Source: Anaeramoeba ignava BMAN | Taxonomy: Eukaryota > Protista > Anaeramoebae | Reading direction: 5' to 3' | DNA: 64,000 nucleotides | NCBI GenBank assembly: GCA_028826165.1 | Contig: JAPDFW010000053.1 | Coordinates: forward strand, 310,001-374,000 | Shown: positions 39,623-50,500 of the stretch, in pieces | Layout of the letters: each line of letters begins with the position of its first letter | Position numbering within the stretch: the stretch's first letter is position 1 | The notes under the pieces: model-generated | Database searches by the model: none | What the model was told of the DNA's origin: nothing | Seen by the model: the letters and a program-made list of their open reading frames with translations, nothing else | Position numbers and translations under genes: made by a program

Positions 39623-41416
39623 TTAATTTTTAAATTTGTTAATTAATAAATCAAATAAATTTGGATTTGTTTCATTTAATTGAAAATAATCAATTCCAAA
39701 TTTAATTTCATTAATAATTTCTTGTGTAATTTGAATTTTATTTTTAATTTGATTTGAATAAATCCAATATTCAAATATTTGAAATGATTTATTACTTAAT
39801 TCACTATAATCTGTAACTTTATTAGAAGTATCATCAGTTACAGATAAAAACATTCCTCGATATAATTCACTTCTCATTATTAATATTAATTTTGGAAATT
39901 TATATTGTTTTTCTTTTCTTTCAATTATAAAATCTTTTTCATTTTCATTTTCATTTAAATAAATTCTTTTCATTGTTTCTTCAATTTTTTCATTTGAATT
40001 TATAATTTCTTTAATTTCAGAATATAATTTTGGATTTATTATTCTGTTTGAATAAATCATTTCAAATATTTGATTTGATTCTTTAATTGATTTTTTTGAA
40101 ATAATTTCTTTAAGTTTTTCAATATCATTTTGATTTTGATTTAATCTATATTTCAATATTAATTTATGAGCTTCAATTATTTCTCCATTTTCGATTTTAA
40201 ATGAAATATCACAAAATTCTTTTCTTCTAAATAGTTTTATCAAATCTTCTTCAAGATTGGAAAGAGAAGGAGAATAATAAAGAAATGAATTATTCCAATA
40301 TCCACAAGAAATATGATAATTAGAAATATTTTCATTAAATCTTAATTTAGGAAGTTCGATTTGAATTGGAATTCTTTGATTTTCTGTATCTCCAGTTCCT
40401 AATTGACCAAAATCATTATCTCCAAATCCAATTAGTTTTGGTTTGGATGTTAAAATCAAAGTATGAACAGTTCCAACAGAAAAATCAAGAATATTATCAT
40501 TTTCAAATAAAGATGATTTAATTTCAGTAAATTTGTCAGTATTTTCATCTTCATTTTGGCCAAGTCCATTTAATTGATAATCTCCACATGAATAAAATTT
40601 TCTTTTTGAATTTTCATTTTCATTTTCATTTTCAATCAACATTACTGAATGTTTATAACCACATTGAATATCAATTATTTTACCTTTTGGAATATTTTGG
40701 ATTTTGGTTAATTTTTGGATTTTTTCTTCTTTTCTTGATTCTCCTAATCCAAGTTGACTATAATAATTCCAACCGCATCCAAATAATTCTTGATTTGAAT
40801 TTAAAAGAAAAACGGAAGAAGAAGAATTTCCTGAAAATATTTTAGAAACATTTTTCATCATTAAAATTGGTTTTTCTGTTTGTTTAAGTGTTTCAGAATC
40901 TAAACCAAGTTGGCCATATTGATTTGAACCAATTCCATAAACATTTTGATTTGAAGTTAGTAAGTAAAATGAACGAGCTCCAGAAACAATATCTTGAATT
41001 ACTCTATCTTTTGTATCTTCAATTAATGATGAAATATTGATGAATTCTTTTGGATTTTTTGGATTAATATCTCTTCCTTTGGCAAATACATTTCCTTCTA
41101 TTGTTAAAATAGCTTTATTATCAAAATTACTTGTTACTTTTTGAATATTTTCAATTTGGATTTTTTTAGGATTTTGATTTGAATGTTTTAGATATTCTAT
41201 TGCTTTTCCATTTTCAAAAAGGAAAATTGTTGATAAATAACTTGAAGCAATTTGTTTAATTTGTTTTTCATTTTCATTTTCATTTTCATTTTCATTTTTA
41301 TTTTCATTTCTATTTTCATTTTCAAATTTAAGTTGAATTGGTTTTGTTATTTTATATGGTTCATTTTTAAAACAGAAACCAAGATTATTTTCACCAAAAT
41401 ATAAAATTTCATTCAT
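39623..41416 (-). CDS. RCC1-repeat + BTB domain protein (putative CUL3 adaptor), copy 2
   Basis: RCC1 motifs GSNQYGQLG and CGYKHS. BTB-like EFCDISF..AHKLIL and KLILIMRSELYRGMF..FEYWIYS. Confidence 0.9.
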   Translation of the reverse strand: MNEILYFGENNLGFCFKNEPYKITKPIQLKFENENRNENKNENENENENEKQIKQIASSYLSTIFLFENGKAIEYLKHSNQNPKKIQIENIQKVTSNFDNKAILTIEGNVFAKGRDINPKNPKEFINISSLIEDTKDRVIQDIVSGARSFYLLTSNQNVYGIGSNQYGQLGLDSETLKQTEKPILMMKNVSKIFSGNSSSSVFLLNSNQELFGCGWNYYSQLGLGESRKEEKIQKLTKIQNIPKGKIIDIQCGYKHSVMLIENENENENSKRKFYSCGDYQLNGLGQNEDENTDKFTEIKSSLFENDNILDFSVGTVHTLILTSKPKLIGFGDNDFGQLGTGDTENQRIPIQIELPKLRFNENISNYHISCGYWNNSFLYYSPSLSNLEEDLIKLFRRKEFCDISFKIENGEIIEAHKLILKYRLNQNQNDIEKLKEIISKKSIKESNQIFEMIYSNRIINPKLYSEIKEIINSNEKIEETMKRIYLNENENEKDFIIERKEKQYKFPKLILIMRSELYRGMFLSVTDDTSNKVTDYSELSNKSFQIFEYWIYSNQIKNKIQITQEIINEIKFGIDYFQLNETNPNLFDLLINKFKN

Positions 41417-41601
41417 TTTTGAAAAGAAAAAAATGAAAAAAATGAAAAATGAATTTTAATTTTAATTTTAATTTTAATTTTGATTTTGATTTTAATTTTA
41501 ATTTTAATTTTAATTTTAATTTTAATTTTAATTTTTAATTTTAATTTTAATTTTAATTTTGATTTTAATTTTAATTTTTAATTTTAATTTTGATTTTAAT
41601 T

Positions 41602-43377
41602 TTAATTTTTAAATTTGTTAATTAATAAATCAAATAAATTTGGATTTGTTTCATTTAATTGAAAATAATCAATTCCTGTTTTAATTTCATCAATAATTTG
41701 TTGTGTAATTTTAATTCCATTTTTAATTTGATTTGAATAAATCCAATATTCAAATATTTGAAATGATTTATTACTTAATTCACTATAATCTGTAACTTTA
41801 TTAGATTTATCTTCTGTTACAGATAAAAACATTCCTCGATATAATTCACTTCTCATTATTAATATTAATTTGGGAAATTTATATTGTTTTTCTTTTCTTT
41901 CAATAATAAAATCTTTTTCATTTTCATTTTCATTTAAATAAATTCTTTTCATTGTTTCTTCTATTTTTTCATTTGAATTTATAATTTCTTTAATTTCAGA
42001 ATATAATTTTGGATTTATTTTAGAATTATTTGAATAAATCATTTCAAATATTTGATTTGATTCTTTAATTGATTTTTTTGAAATAATTTCTTTAAGTTTT
42101 TCAATTTGATTTTGATTTTGATTTAATCTATATTTCAATATTAATTTATGAGCTTCAATTATTTCTCCATTTTCGGTTTTAAATGAAATATTACAAAATT
42201 CTTTTCTTCGAAATAGTTTTATCAAATCTTCTTCAAGATTGGAAAGAGAAGGAGAATAATAAAGAAATGAATTATTCCAATATCCACAAGAAATATGATA
42301 ATTAGAAATATTTTCATTAAATCTTAATTCAGGAAGTTCAATTTGAATTGGAATTCTTTGATTTTTTGTATTTCCAGTTCCTAATTCACCATAATAATTA
42401 TCTCCAAATACTATTAATTTTGAATTGGATGTTAAAATCAAAGTATGAACATTTCCAACAGAAAAATCAATAATATCATCATCATTTTCAAATAAAGATG
42501 ATTTGATTTCAGTAAATTCATAAGTATTTTCATTTTCATTTTGGCCAAGTCCATTTAATTGATAATATCCACATGAATAAAATTTTCTTTTTGGATTTTC
42601 ATTTTGATTTTCATTTTCAATTAGCATTATTGTATGATAATTTCCACATTGAATATCAATTATTTTGCCTTTTGGAATATTTTGAATTTTGGTTAATTTT
42701 TGGATTTTTGCTTCTTTTCTTGATTCTCCTAATCCAAGTTGACTATAATAATTATATCCGCATCCAAATAATTCTTGATTTGAATTTAAAAGAAAAACGG
42801 AAGAAGAAGAATTTCCTGAAAATATTTTAGAAACATTTTTCATCATTAAAATTGGTTTTTCTGTTTTTGGAAGTGTTTCAGAATCAAAACCAAGTTGACC
42901 ATATTGATTTGAACCAATTCCATAAACATTTTGATTTGAAGTTAATAAGTAAATTGAATTAGATCCAGAAAAAATATCTTCAATTATTCTATCTTTTTTA
43001 TCTTTAATTAATGATGAAATGTTGATAAATTGATTTGGATTTTTTAGATTAATATCTTTTCCTTTGGCAAATACTTTTCCTTCTTTTGTTAAAATAGATT
43101 GATTATCAAAATTACTTGTTACTTTTTGAATATTTTCAATTTGGATTTTTTGAGGATTTTGATTTGAATCATTTTCTTTTAAATATTCTATTGCTTTTCC
43201 ATTTTTAAAAAGGAAAATTGTTGATAAATAACTTGAAGCAATTTGTTTAATTTGTTTTTCATTTTCATTTTCATTTTCATTTTCAAATTTAAGTTGAATT
43301 GGTTTTGTTATTCCATCTGGTTCATTTTTAAAACAGAAACCAAGATTATTTTCACCAAAATATAAAATTTCATTCAT
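41602..43377 (-). CDS. RCC1-repeat + BTB domain protein, copy 3
   Basis: Intact 591-aa paralogue very similar to copy 2. Confidence 0.9.
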   Translation of the reverse strand: MNEILYFGENNLGFCFKNEPDGITKPIQLKFENENENENEKQIKQIASSYLSTIFLFKNGKAIEYLKENDSNQNPQKIQIENIQKVTSNFDNQSILTKEGKVFAKGKDINLKNPNQFINISSLIKDKKDRIIEDIFSGSNSIYLLTSNQNVYGIGSNQYGQLGFDSETLPKTEKPILMMKNVSKIFSGNSSSSVFLLNSNQELFGCGYNYYSQLGLGESRKEAKIQKLTKIQNIPKGKIIDIQCGNYHTIMLIENENQNENPKRKFYSCGYYQLNGLGQNENENTYEFTEIKSSLFENDDDIIDFSVGNVHTLILTSNSKLIVFGDNYYGELGTGNTKNQRIPIQIELPELRFNENISNYHISCGYWNNSFLYYSPSLSNLEEDLIKLFRRKEFCNISFKTENGEIIEAHKLILKYRLNQNQNQIEKLKEIISKKSIKESNQIFEMIYSNNSKINPKLYSEIKEIINSNEKIEETMKRIYLNENENEKDFIIERKEKQYKFPKLILIMRSELYRGMFLSVTEDKSNKVTDYSELSNKSFQIFEYWIYSNQIKNGIKITQQIIDEIKTGIDYFQLNETNPNLFDLLINKFKN

Positions 43378-43468
43378 TTTTGAAAAGAAAAAAATGAAAA
43401 AATGAAAAATGAATTTTTAATTTTAATTTTAATTTTAATTTTAATTTTAATTTTGATTATTAAATTTG

Positions 43469-45259
43469 TTAAATTAATAAATCAAATAAATTTGGATTTG
43501 TTTCATTTAATTGAAAATAATCAATTCCAATTTTAATTTCTTCAAGAATTTCTTGTGTAATTTGAATTTCATCTTTAATTTGATTTGAATAAATCCAATA
43601 TTCAAATAATTGAAATGATTTATTACTTAATTCACTATAATCTGTAACTTTATTTGATTTATCTTCTGTTACAGATAAAAACATTCCTCGATATAATTCA
43701 CTTCTCATTATTAATATTAATTTTGGAAATTTATATTGTTTTTCTTTTCTTTCAATAATAAAATCTTTTTCATTTTCATTTTCATTTAAATAAATTCTTT
43801 TCATTGTTTCATTTATTCGTTCTTCGTTTATAATTTCTTTAATTTCAGAATATAATTTTGGATTTATTTTAGAATTATTTGAATAAATCATTTCAAATAT
43901 TTGATTTGATTCTTTAATTGATTTTTTTGAAATAATTTCTTTAAATTTTTCAATTTGATTTTGATCTTTTAATCTATAATTCAATATTAATTTATGAGCT
44001 TCAATTATTTCTCCATTTTCTGTTTTAAATGAAATATCACAAAATTCTTTTCTTCGAAATAATTTTATCAAATCTTCTTCAAGATTGGGAAAAGAAGGAG
44101 GAGAATAATAAATAAATGAACTATTCAATCCACAAGAAAGATGATAATCGGAAATATTTTCATTAAATCTTAATTCAGGAAGTTCAATTTGAATAGGAAT
44201 TATTCCATTTTTCGTATTTAGATTTTTTATATGATCTGATTTATTTTCTCCAAAAAATATCAATTTTGCTTTGGAAGTTAAAATCAAAGTATGATACTTT
44301 CCAACAGAAAAATCAAGAATATTATCATCATTTTCAAATAAAGATGATTTGATTTCAGTAAATTCATAAGTATCTTCATCTTTGCCAAGTCCATTATATT
44401 GATAATCTCCACATGAATAAAGTTTTCTTTTTGGATTTTCATTTTGATTTTGATTTTCAATCAACATTATTGAATGAAAAAATCCACATTGAATATCAAT
44501 TATTTTGCCTTTTGGAATATTTTGGATTTTTGTTAATTTTTGGATTTTTCCTTCTTTTCTTCTTGATTCTCCTAATCCAAGTTGACCAAATTGATTATAT
44601 CCGCATCCAAATAATTCTTGATTTGAATTTAAAAGGATCATATTTTTTGCAAAACTTCCTGAAAATATTTTAGAAACATTTTCCATCATTAAAATTGGTT
44701 TTTCAGTTTCTTTAAGTGTTTCAGAATCAAAACCAAGTTGACCTAAATAGTTTTCCCCAATTCCATAAGCATTTTGATTTGAAGTTAATAAATAAATTGA
44801 AGTCATTCCGCAAGTAACATCTTGAATTATTCTATCATTTGTATCTTCAATTAATGATGAAATATTGATAAATTGATCTGAATTTTGCAAGTTTATACAA
44901 GTTCCTTTTGCAAATACATTTCCTTCATAAGTTAAAATAGCTTCATTTCGAGAACTGGAAGAAATTTTTTTGATTTGTTCAATTTGGATTTTTTTATAAT
45001 TATCTGTCAAAAAAGTTGAAGTATATCGAACTGCTTTTGAATTTTCAAAAAGGAAAATTGTTCTTGATTCGTTACAAGAAATGTATTTGATTTGTTTTTC
45101 ATTTTTGAATGGATATTTTTTTTCTTTTCTTTCTGTTCTTGGAAAATAATATGATCTTGGTTTATTCGGTTCGTTTAGAAAAGGAAAACGAAAAGAATTT
45201 TCACCAAAAAATATTACATCATTAAGTTGATTTTCTTTTGCAAATTGAATTTTTATCAT
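43469..45259 (-). CDS. RCC1-repeat + BTB domain protein, copy 4 (divergent N-terminus)
   Basis: Intact 596-aa paralogue. One extra base at ~43471 trims the last few codons relative to the other copies. Confidence 0.9.
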   Translation of the reverse strand: MIKIQFAKENQLNDVIFFGENSFRFPFLNEPNKPRSYYFPRTERKEKKYPFKNEKQIKYISCNESRTIFLFENSKAVRYTSTFLTDNYKKIQIEQIKKISSSSRNEAILTYEGNVFAKGTCINLQNSDQFINISSLIEDTNDRIIQDVTCGMTSIYLLTSNQNAYGIGENYLGQLGFDSETLKETEKPILMMENVSKIFSGSFAKNMILLNSNQELFGCGYNQFGQLGLGESRRKEGKIQKLTKIQNIPKGKIIDIQCGFFHSIMLIENQNQNENPKRKLYSCGDYQYNGLGKDEDTYEFTEIKSSLFENDDNILDFSVGKYHTLILTSKAKLIFFGENKSDHIKNLNTKNGIIPIQIELPELRFNENISDYHLSCGLNSSFIYYSPPSFPNLEEDLIKLFRRKEFCDISFKTENGEIIEAHKLILNYRLKDQNQIEKFKEIISKKSIKESNQIFEMIYSNNSKINPKLYSEIKEIINEERINETMKRIYLNENENEKDFIIERKEKQYKFPKLILIMRSELYRGMFLSVTEDKSNKVTDYSELSNKSFQLFEYWIYSNQIKDEIQITQEILEEIKIGIDYFQLNETNPNLFDLLI

Positions 45260-45331
45260 GAAAAGAAAAAAAATGAAAAAGAAAAATTTTTTAATTTTAA
45301 AAAAATTAAAGTTAAAGTTAAAGTGTTAATC

Positions 45332-47461
45332 CTAATTTAAAAGAAAAATAAAAAGAAAAAGAAAATAATAATAAAAATAATTGCAAAAAAATATTTTTTG
45401 ACTTGAAGATGGTTGAGGATTTGGAGTTGGAATTGAAAATTGAAGAAAGGGAACAGGATATTGTTCATAAGGGGAACTATAAGCATATCCTGTTTTACGA
45501 TCAACAACAGAAATATAAATATCAGTGAAATTTCCTAAAGATGTATTTGATATCATTTTGTTTGAATTTGCTTCAATTTGGATTGTTCTTGTTTCTTCAT
45601 ATTCCCCATGATTTATATCACTTAATAAAAAAACATAAGTTTGGGTTGAATCAATAAATGAAGTTGAAAATGATTCAATTCCTTCAATTTGGTTGCAATC
45701 AACCAAAGTCATATTTCTGACAAAAACCCTACAAACATCGGCTGAATCAGTGGAAAAGTGTTTTTTCCCCAAATTTGAATTGGAAAGATAACTTGATCCA
45801 TTTGAAAAATACAGGAATTGATCATGAGTATCAATTGCCATTGTTGAAACTGAAAAAGATGTTAAATTAGTAAAGCCAACAATATTAAAAGTGGATATTT
45901 GGATTTTTGCAAGATAGAAACGGGAATATGTCCCTAACAAAACATAAACATACTCACTTGATGAATCCATAACCAAATTATTGATTACGTTTTCTCCAAA
46001 TCTGATTTGATCCACAATCTCCAAATTGGGAACACTCATTTTGTAAAGTGTGTTATTGTTCTGCATTGTATCTTCATATGCAATATAAAGGAAATTACCT
46101 CGAGAATCAAAAACAACCGATTGAGTGTAGTTGTCTTCTGATCCAAAAATTTCTTTAACTTCAACAACTGTAAAATTATCAATTTGGATTTTGATGATTT
46201 TTAACCCTCCATATTCCAAAAAATAGAGGAATCCATGCTGATTATCGATTTCTCCAAAGTAAATATTATCATTATCATCTCCAGATACAAGAAAATCCAA
46301 AAGTTCAAATAGCACAAGATCCACTTTGGCAACTAGTCCGTAATGCTCAAACCCAACATATCCGACTTGGTTGATTTCATCCACAACAATAACTTTCGGA
46401 TTCCGAAAATCTTGCACATAAGTTTGGTTGATCTGAGAAAATGTTGCCAAATCAAATTGAATAACTTGAGAATTGCTGAGAGAAATAAAAGAGTAATTTT
46501 GGTGAAGCAGGCTATCATTATTTGCGATAAGAAAACTTAGCGAATATGCATCTGTTTGAAATTCAAATGAATCAATTCTGGAGAAATTCTTCAAGTCAAT
46601 CCGAACAAGAAATCCAGGATATGAATCAGCTAAAAAATATGCGAGTTGATTTCTTTCATCAATGCCAGCAGAAATGGCATTTTGTTCCAATGAAGCGCAA
46701 GTGATGGCATCTATTCGACTAAAATCAGTTAGATTGATCTTGATAACTTTCATTGGAGAAGTGCCTGTTCCAACAAACATTAAATTTGAGCCAAAATCAA
46801 TTACTCCACAATTAGGACTTGTTTCTGTTGTTGAATTTAAAGAAAGAGAAGAAACTTGAACAAAATCCAACAAGTCAATTTTATGAATTTTTGGATTTGA
46901 TCCTGGATCTGTGAAAATATAAAGAAACCCATTTGGAACATCGATTGCAGATCCTAAACGGTAATTGTCGGAAATATTTAAAGTTGATTCTTGGACAAAA
47001 TTTTCCAAATCAATTTTTACAATTGCTGGAGAATTTCCAGTAAATGAAATAAAATATCCCTTTTGGTTTTTATAATCAAATTGCGCAGATTGCAAATTAG
47101 ATACTCCATTTAAATGAAGAACATTCACTACTTGGAATTTCTCCAAATTCACTTTCACAATTTGAGCTTCATTTTCAAATGTTCCAAAATATGAAAATTG
47201 ATTTTCATTATCAATTATTCCACAACGAATATTAAAAACTGTTAAATTAATTGAATCAATAAAATCAAGTGGATTTGTGTTGAATTTGTAAAGAAATGAT
47301 TCAATCCTTGTTTTTGTATCAGCAAAATAAACAAAATTGTTTTGAGAATCAATTAAAGAAACATCAGTTGATTGCATTTCTATTGGAAAATTAAAATATT
47401 GGTTAACTATAAGTATAGATTGAATAAATAGAAAAAGGGAAAAAAAGAAGAAAATTTTCAT
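45332..47461 (-). CDS. Secreted/possibly GPI-anchored beta-propeller repeat surface protein
   Basis: Signal peptide, then ~45-aa repeats (IDxxxxxxYFxTxxxPxxIxKIDLxxF), a PTPNPQPSSS linker and a hydrophobic C-terminus. Confidence 0.75.
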   Translation of the reverse strand: MKIFFFFSLFLFIQSILIVNQYFNFPIEMQSTDVSLIDSQNNFVYFADTKTRIESFLYKFNTNPLDFIDSINLTVFNIRCGIIDNENQFSYFGTFENEAQIVKVNLEKFQVVNVLHLNGVSNLQSAQFDYKNQKGYFISFTGNSPAIVKIDLENFVQESTLNISDNYRLGSAIDVPNGFLYIFTDPGSNPKIHKIDLLDFVQVSSLSLNSTTETSPNCGVIDFGSNLMFVGTGTSPMKVIKINLTDFSRIDAITCASLEQNAISAGIDERNQLAYFLADSYPGFLVRIDLKNFSRIDSFEFQTDAYSLSFLIANNDSLLHQNYSFISLSNSQVIQFDLATFSQINQTYVQDFRNPKVIVVDEINQVGYVGFEHYGLVAKVDLVLFELLDFLVSGDDNDNIYFGEIDNQHGFLYFLEYGGLKIIKIQIDNFTVVEVKEIFGSEDNYTQSVVFDSRGNFLYIAYEDTMQNNNTLYKMSVPNLEIVDQIRFGENVINNLVMDSSSEYVYVLLGTYSRFYLAKIQISTFNIVGFTNLTSFSVSTMAIDTHDQFLYFSNGSSYLSNSNLGKKHFSTDSADVCRVFVRNMTLVDCNQIEGIESFSTSFIDSTQTYVFLLSDINHGEYEETRTIQIEANSNKMISNTSLGNFTDIYISVVDRKTGYAYSSPYEQYPVPFLQFSIPTPNPQPSSSQKIFFCNYFYYYFLFLFIFLLN

Positions 47462-47531
47462 TTTTAATTAATTTAGAAAAAAATGAAAAAAACAATTCTT
47501 TATTCTTTCATTTTTTTCCTTTTTTTTTCAA

Positions 47532-50500
47532 ATGGATTTTTTTGTGTTTGATCAACAAAATAATCCAGTAACAAAATTCTTACCAGATTTTCAAAGCTTT
47601 CTTTCGCCAACTAAAGATGAATTCCACAATCTCCTTTATAATTTCTATGTTGCAAGTATAGCAAAACTTAAAGTTGATAAAAAAATCGCGAAAATCAAAA
47701 CCAAATCAGAACATCGAGAAGACAAACTTTGGAGGATGGAAAATCGCACACAAACACAATCGAAATTTTGTCATGGAAATAATTTAACAGCCTCAGTAAC
47801 ATATAAAGTTGCTATATATGATACTGATATGGCAAAAAAGTTGATAAAAACATATACGAAGTCGGTTAATAGATGTCATAATAAGTTATCTGAAGCAACT
47901 ACAAGAATGGAGAGCACAGAAACAAAGGTGGGACTTTATCTGCAGAGAGTTTTCCAGAGCATCCCGTTCTCAAACCTTCACAAAGATGATAACGCCAATC
48001 TTCATTTGATCCAAAAATTGAGATCTCTTTTGAATCATTTATTCTTTTTTGAAAGATTATCAATTGAAAAAGGTGATGTTTATTACGATAGATTCAACAG
48101 CTCTTTGCATGTTTGGATCAACAACGTTTCTCTTCGTTTGTATGAGATTGGATCTAGCAGCCAAATGTTGTTTGTTTTTTTCCATTTACTCACAACTCCG
48201 CATTCTGGAAAATGGTCGATGAATCTTATTTATATTAACGAGAACTTCGACTATGACAAGATGAATTACCTCAAAACCCTATTGAAGTTTGTTTTGCATC
48301 CCCTCATCAAATCGACAAAGCTTTCCGAAAAGCCTTTTTATCTTCTGGAACCCGATTTTGTTCTTCATCTTATCAATCTGCCTTTCTCCAATTTTTTCGG
48401 GTATTTATTTGCGATTCCAGGAGAGTTGGGTTTCTCTGTTGCAAGCGGAATTGTCCAGGACTTTGTGTGGATCTTGATGGATGCTGTTGTTCGGTTTGAA
48501 AAGTATTTGGACTTCAGAAAATCAATTGCGGACCTTCTTCTTCATTTCGTCTGGCTTTTTGACGAATTTTCTCACAAAATAAACACTCCAGATGCACAAC
48601 GAGACTTCCCCAAAATCATCGATGAGCTTGTTGTGAAACCAATTTTGCAGATCTCTGCCTGCCAAGACAAGTCCGTTTTGTTCCATTTTACGGATCTTCC
48701 ATTTTATTCTTTGTCAGTTTTTGCCGGATTTCGGATCATGAATTTCTTTGTCACAAGTTCCGACCAGAACCCTCCAACAACATCCCAGCAATGGTACCAG
48801 CTTCTGACTAATGATCCCAATCTTTTTGAGCGCTTCGGCTCGCTTCTGCAGTCTTCCAAAGGGAGCCACAGTATGTTTATCATTCTCGCAAATTTGGCGG
48901 TTTTTTTAAATTTGCCGGATTTTGCAATGTGTGTTATTGACTTGATATTCAGAGTCAGTTGCATTGTTGATATTTCAAAAGAGAAGATGTTTCCTCACGG
49001 CAGAAAATCACTTACAACAATCATGATCAAATATCCATTTTTGATCTCAAATGTTCTTACTCTCACATCCCAATATATAAATGTTCTCGGTTCGCGAAGC
49101 ATGGAGTTATTTGCTGAATTTCCTTTCACAAAATGGCAGATCAATCCCACAGATATCGGCACTATCCAAGCTTATCTCGATATGGGAAAAGATTCTATCC
49201 AATTCGTTTTTGGATGTTGGCTTGTGGATCATATTATTTGGGGAATCTCACCCGAAATCGAGAATATAGGTGTACTTAATGATACGGGTACACAGCTTCA
49301 AATCATCCCACGAGTTCTTGGAGTATTTTTCCGAAACATAAAGGATAAACGTATTTGTAATTGGTGTTGGCGTGCCTTTTATCGCTTCAATGTTTATACC
49401 AAACTGGGTGACCCAAGTGGAATTTTATTTAAATATCCAACTGATCCTCTTCTTGATTTAACCCCGCATTTCCCCAAAGACAAGAAGCAAACCCTTGAGC
49501 CCATTGTTGCTTTTGTCGGTCTTATGTTCTTCGATATTGATAATGCTTCCACTTGGGATAATTTTGCAAACACTCTTATTCGGGCAAAAGAGTTCTATTC
49601 CGTAATTAAAGTTCTTCATACTCGAGTTCCTCAAGTTTTGAAGAATAACAATGATCCTTCTTTTAAAAAAGAAATTTCTTCTCTTATTGATATTATCAGG
49701 CCTTTGTTAAAAATTGATAAATTTAATACTCATATTGAAGAGAAGAAGGTTAATTTCAAGAGAAGTAATGCATTAGCATCTATGATTGAATCTTTGATAA
49801 TTAATCGGATGCATTACCGTATGAATGATTTACCTAAGGATCAAAATTTCACTATCAATACAATTCCAAATCAAGATTTCGATATAAATTCTGTTGCAAA
49901 TCAAGAAAATCAAAACCAAGAAAATATTGAAAATCAAGAAAATATTGAAAATCAAGAAAATATTGAAAATCAAGAAAATCAAGAAAATCAAGAAAATCAA
50001 GAAAATAATGAAAATCAAAATATTGAAAATAATGAAAATATTGAAAATCAAAATATTGAAAATCTTCAAATTCAAAATATTGAAAATATTCAAAATTATC
50101 AAGATCAAACCCAATCCTTAAATACAAGCCAAATTCAATTCCAATTTAAAAGCCAAAACCCAACCCAAAATCAAGAAGAAAATAACAATTTAAATAACAA
50201 TTTAAATAACAATCCAAAAAATAACAACCCAGTTTCTCTTGAAAAAATGATCCAATTTTGGTTATGCTTCTTTGAATCAATACCCAAATGGAACAAAGAC
50301 AAGAAAATTATCAAATACTTGGATACAATCTTCCGCTCGGCATTCCTGTGCCAAGAACGACCAATAATTACAAAATTTATTGCCAAACAATATGGAAAAA
50401 TTGCAACAGGAAAGAAGAAAACAGGACTTTTTTCGAAAAAAGAGAAACAAGTAACATTGATCGATGTTGGTAGTACATTTATGCACAGAGGACGCACGAA

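Noticed and set aside
32188-44673. Family of four similar plus-strand ~85-95 aa ORFs (MNKxFFLDFH...)
   Set aside because: They are antisense shadows of the duplicated RCC1-BTB genes.
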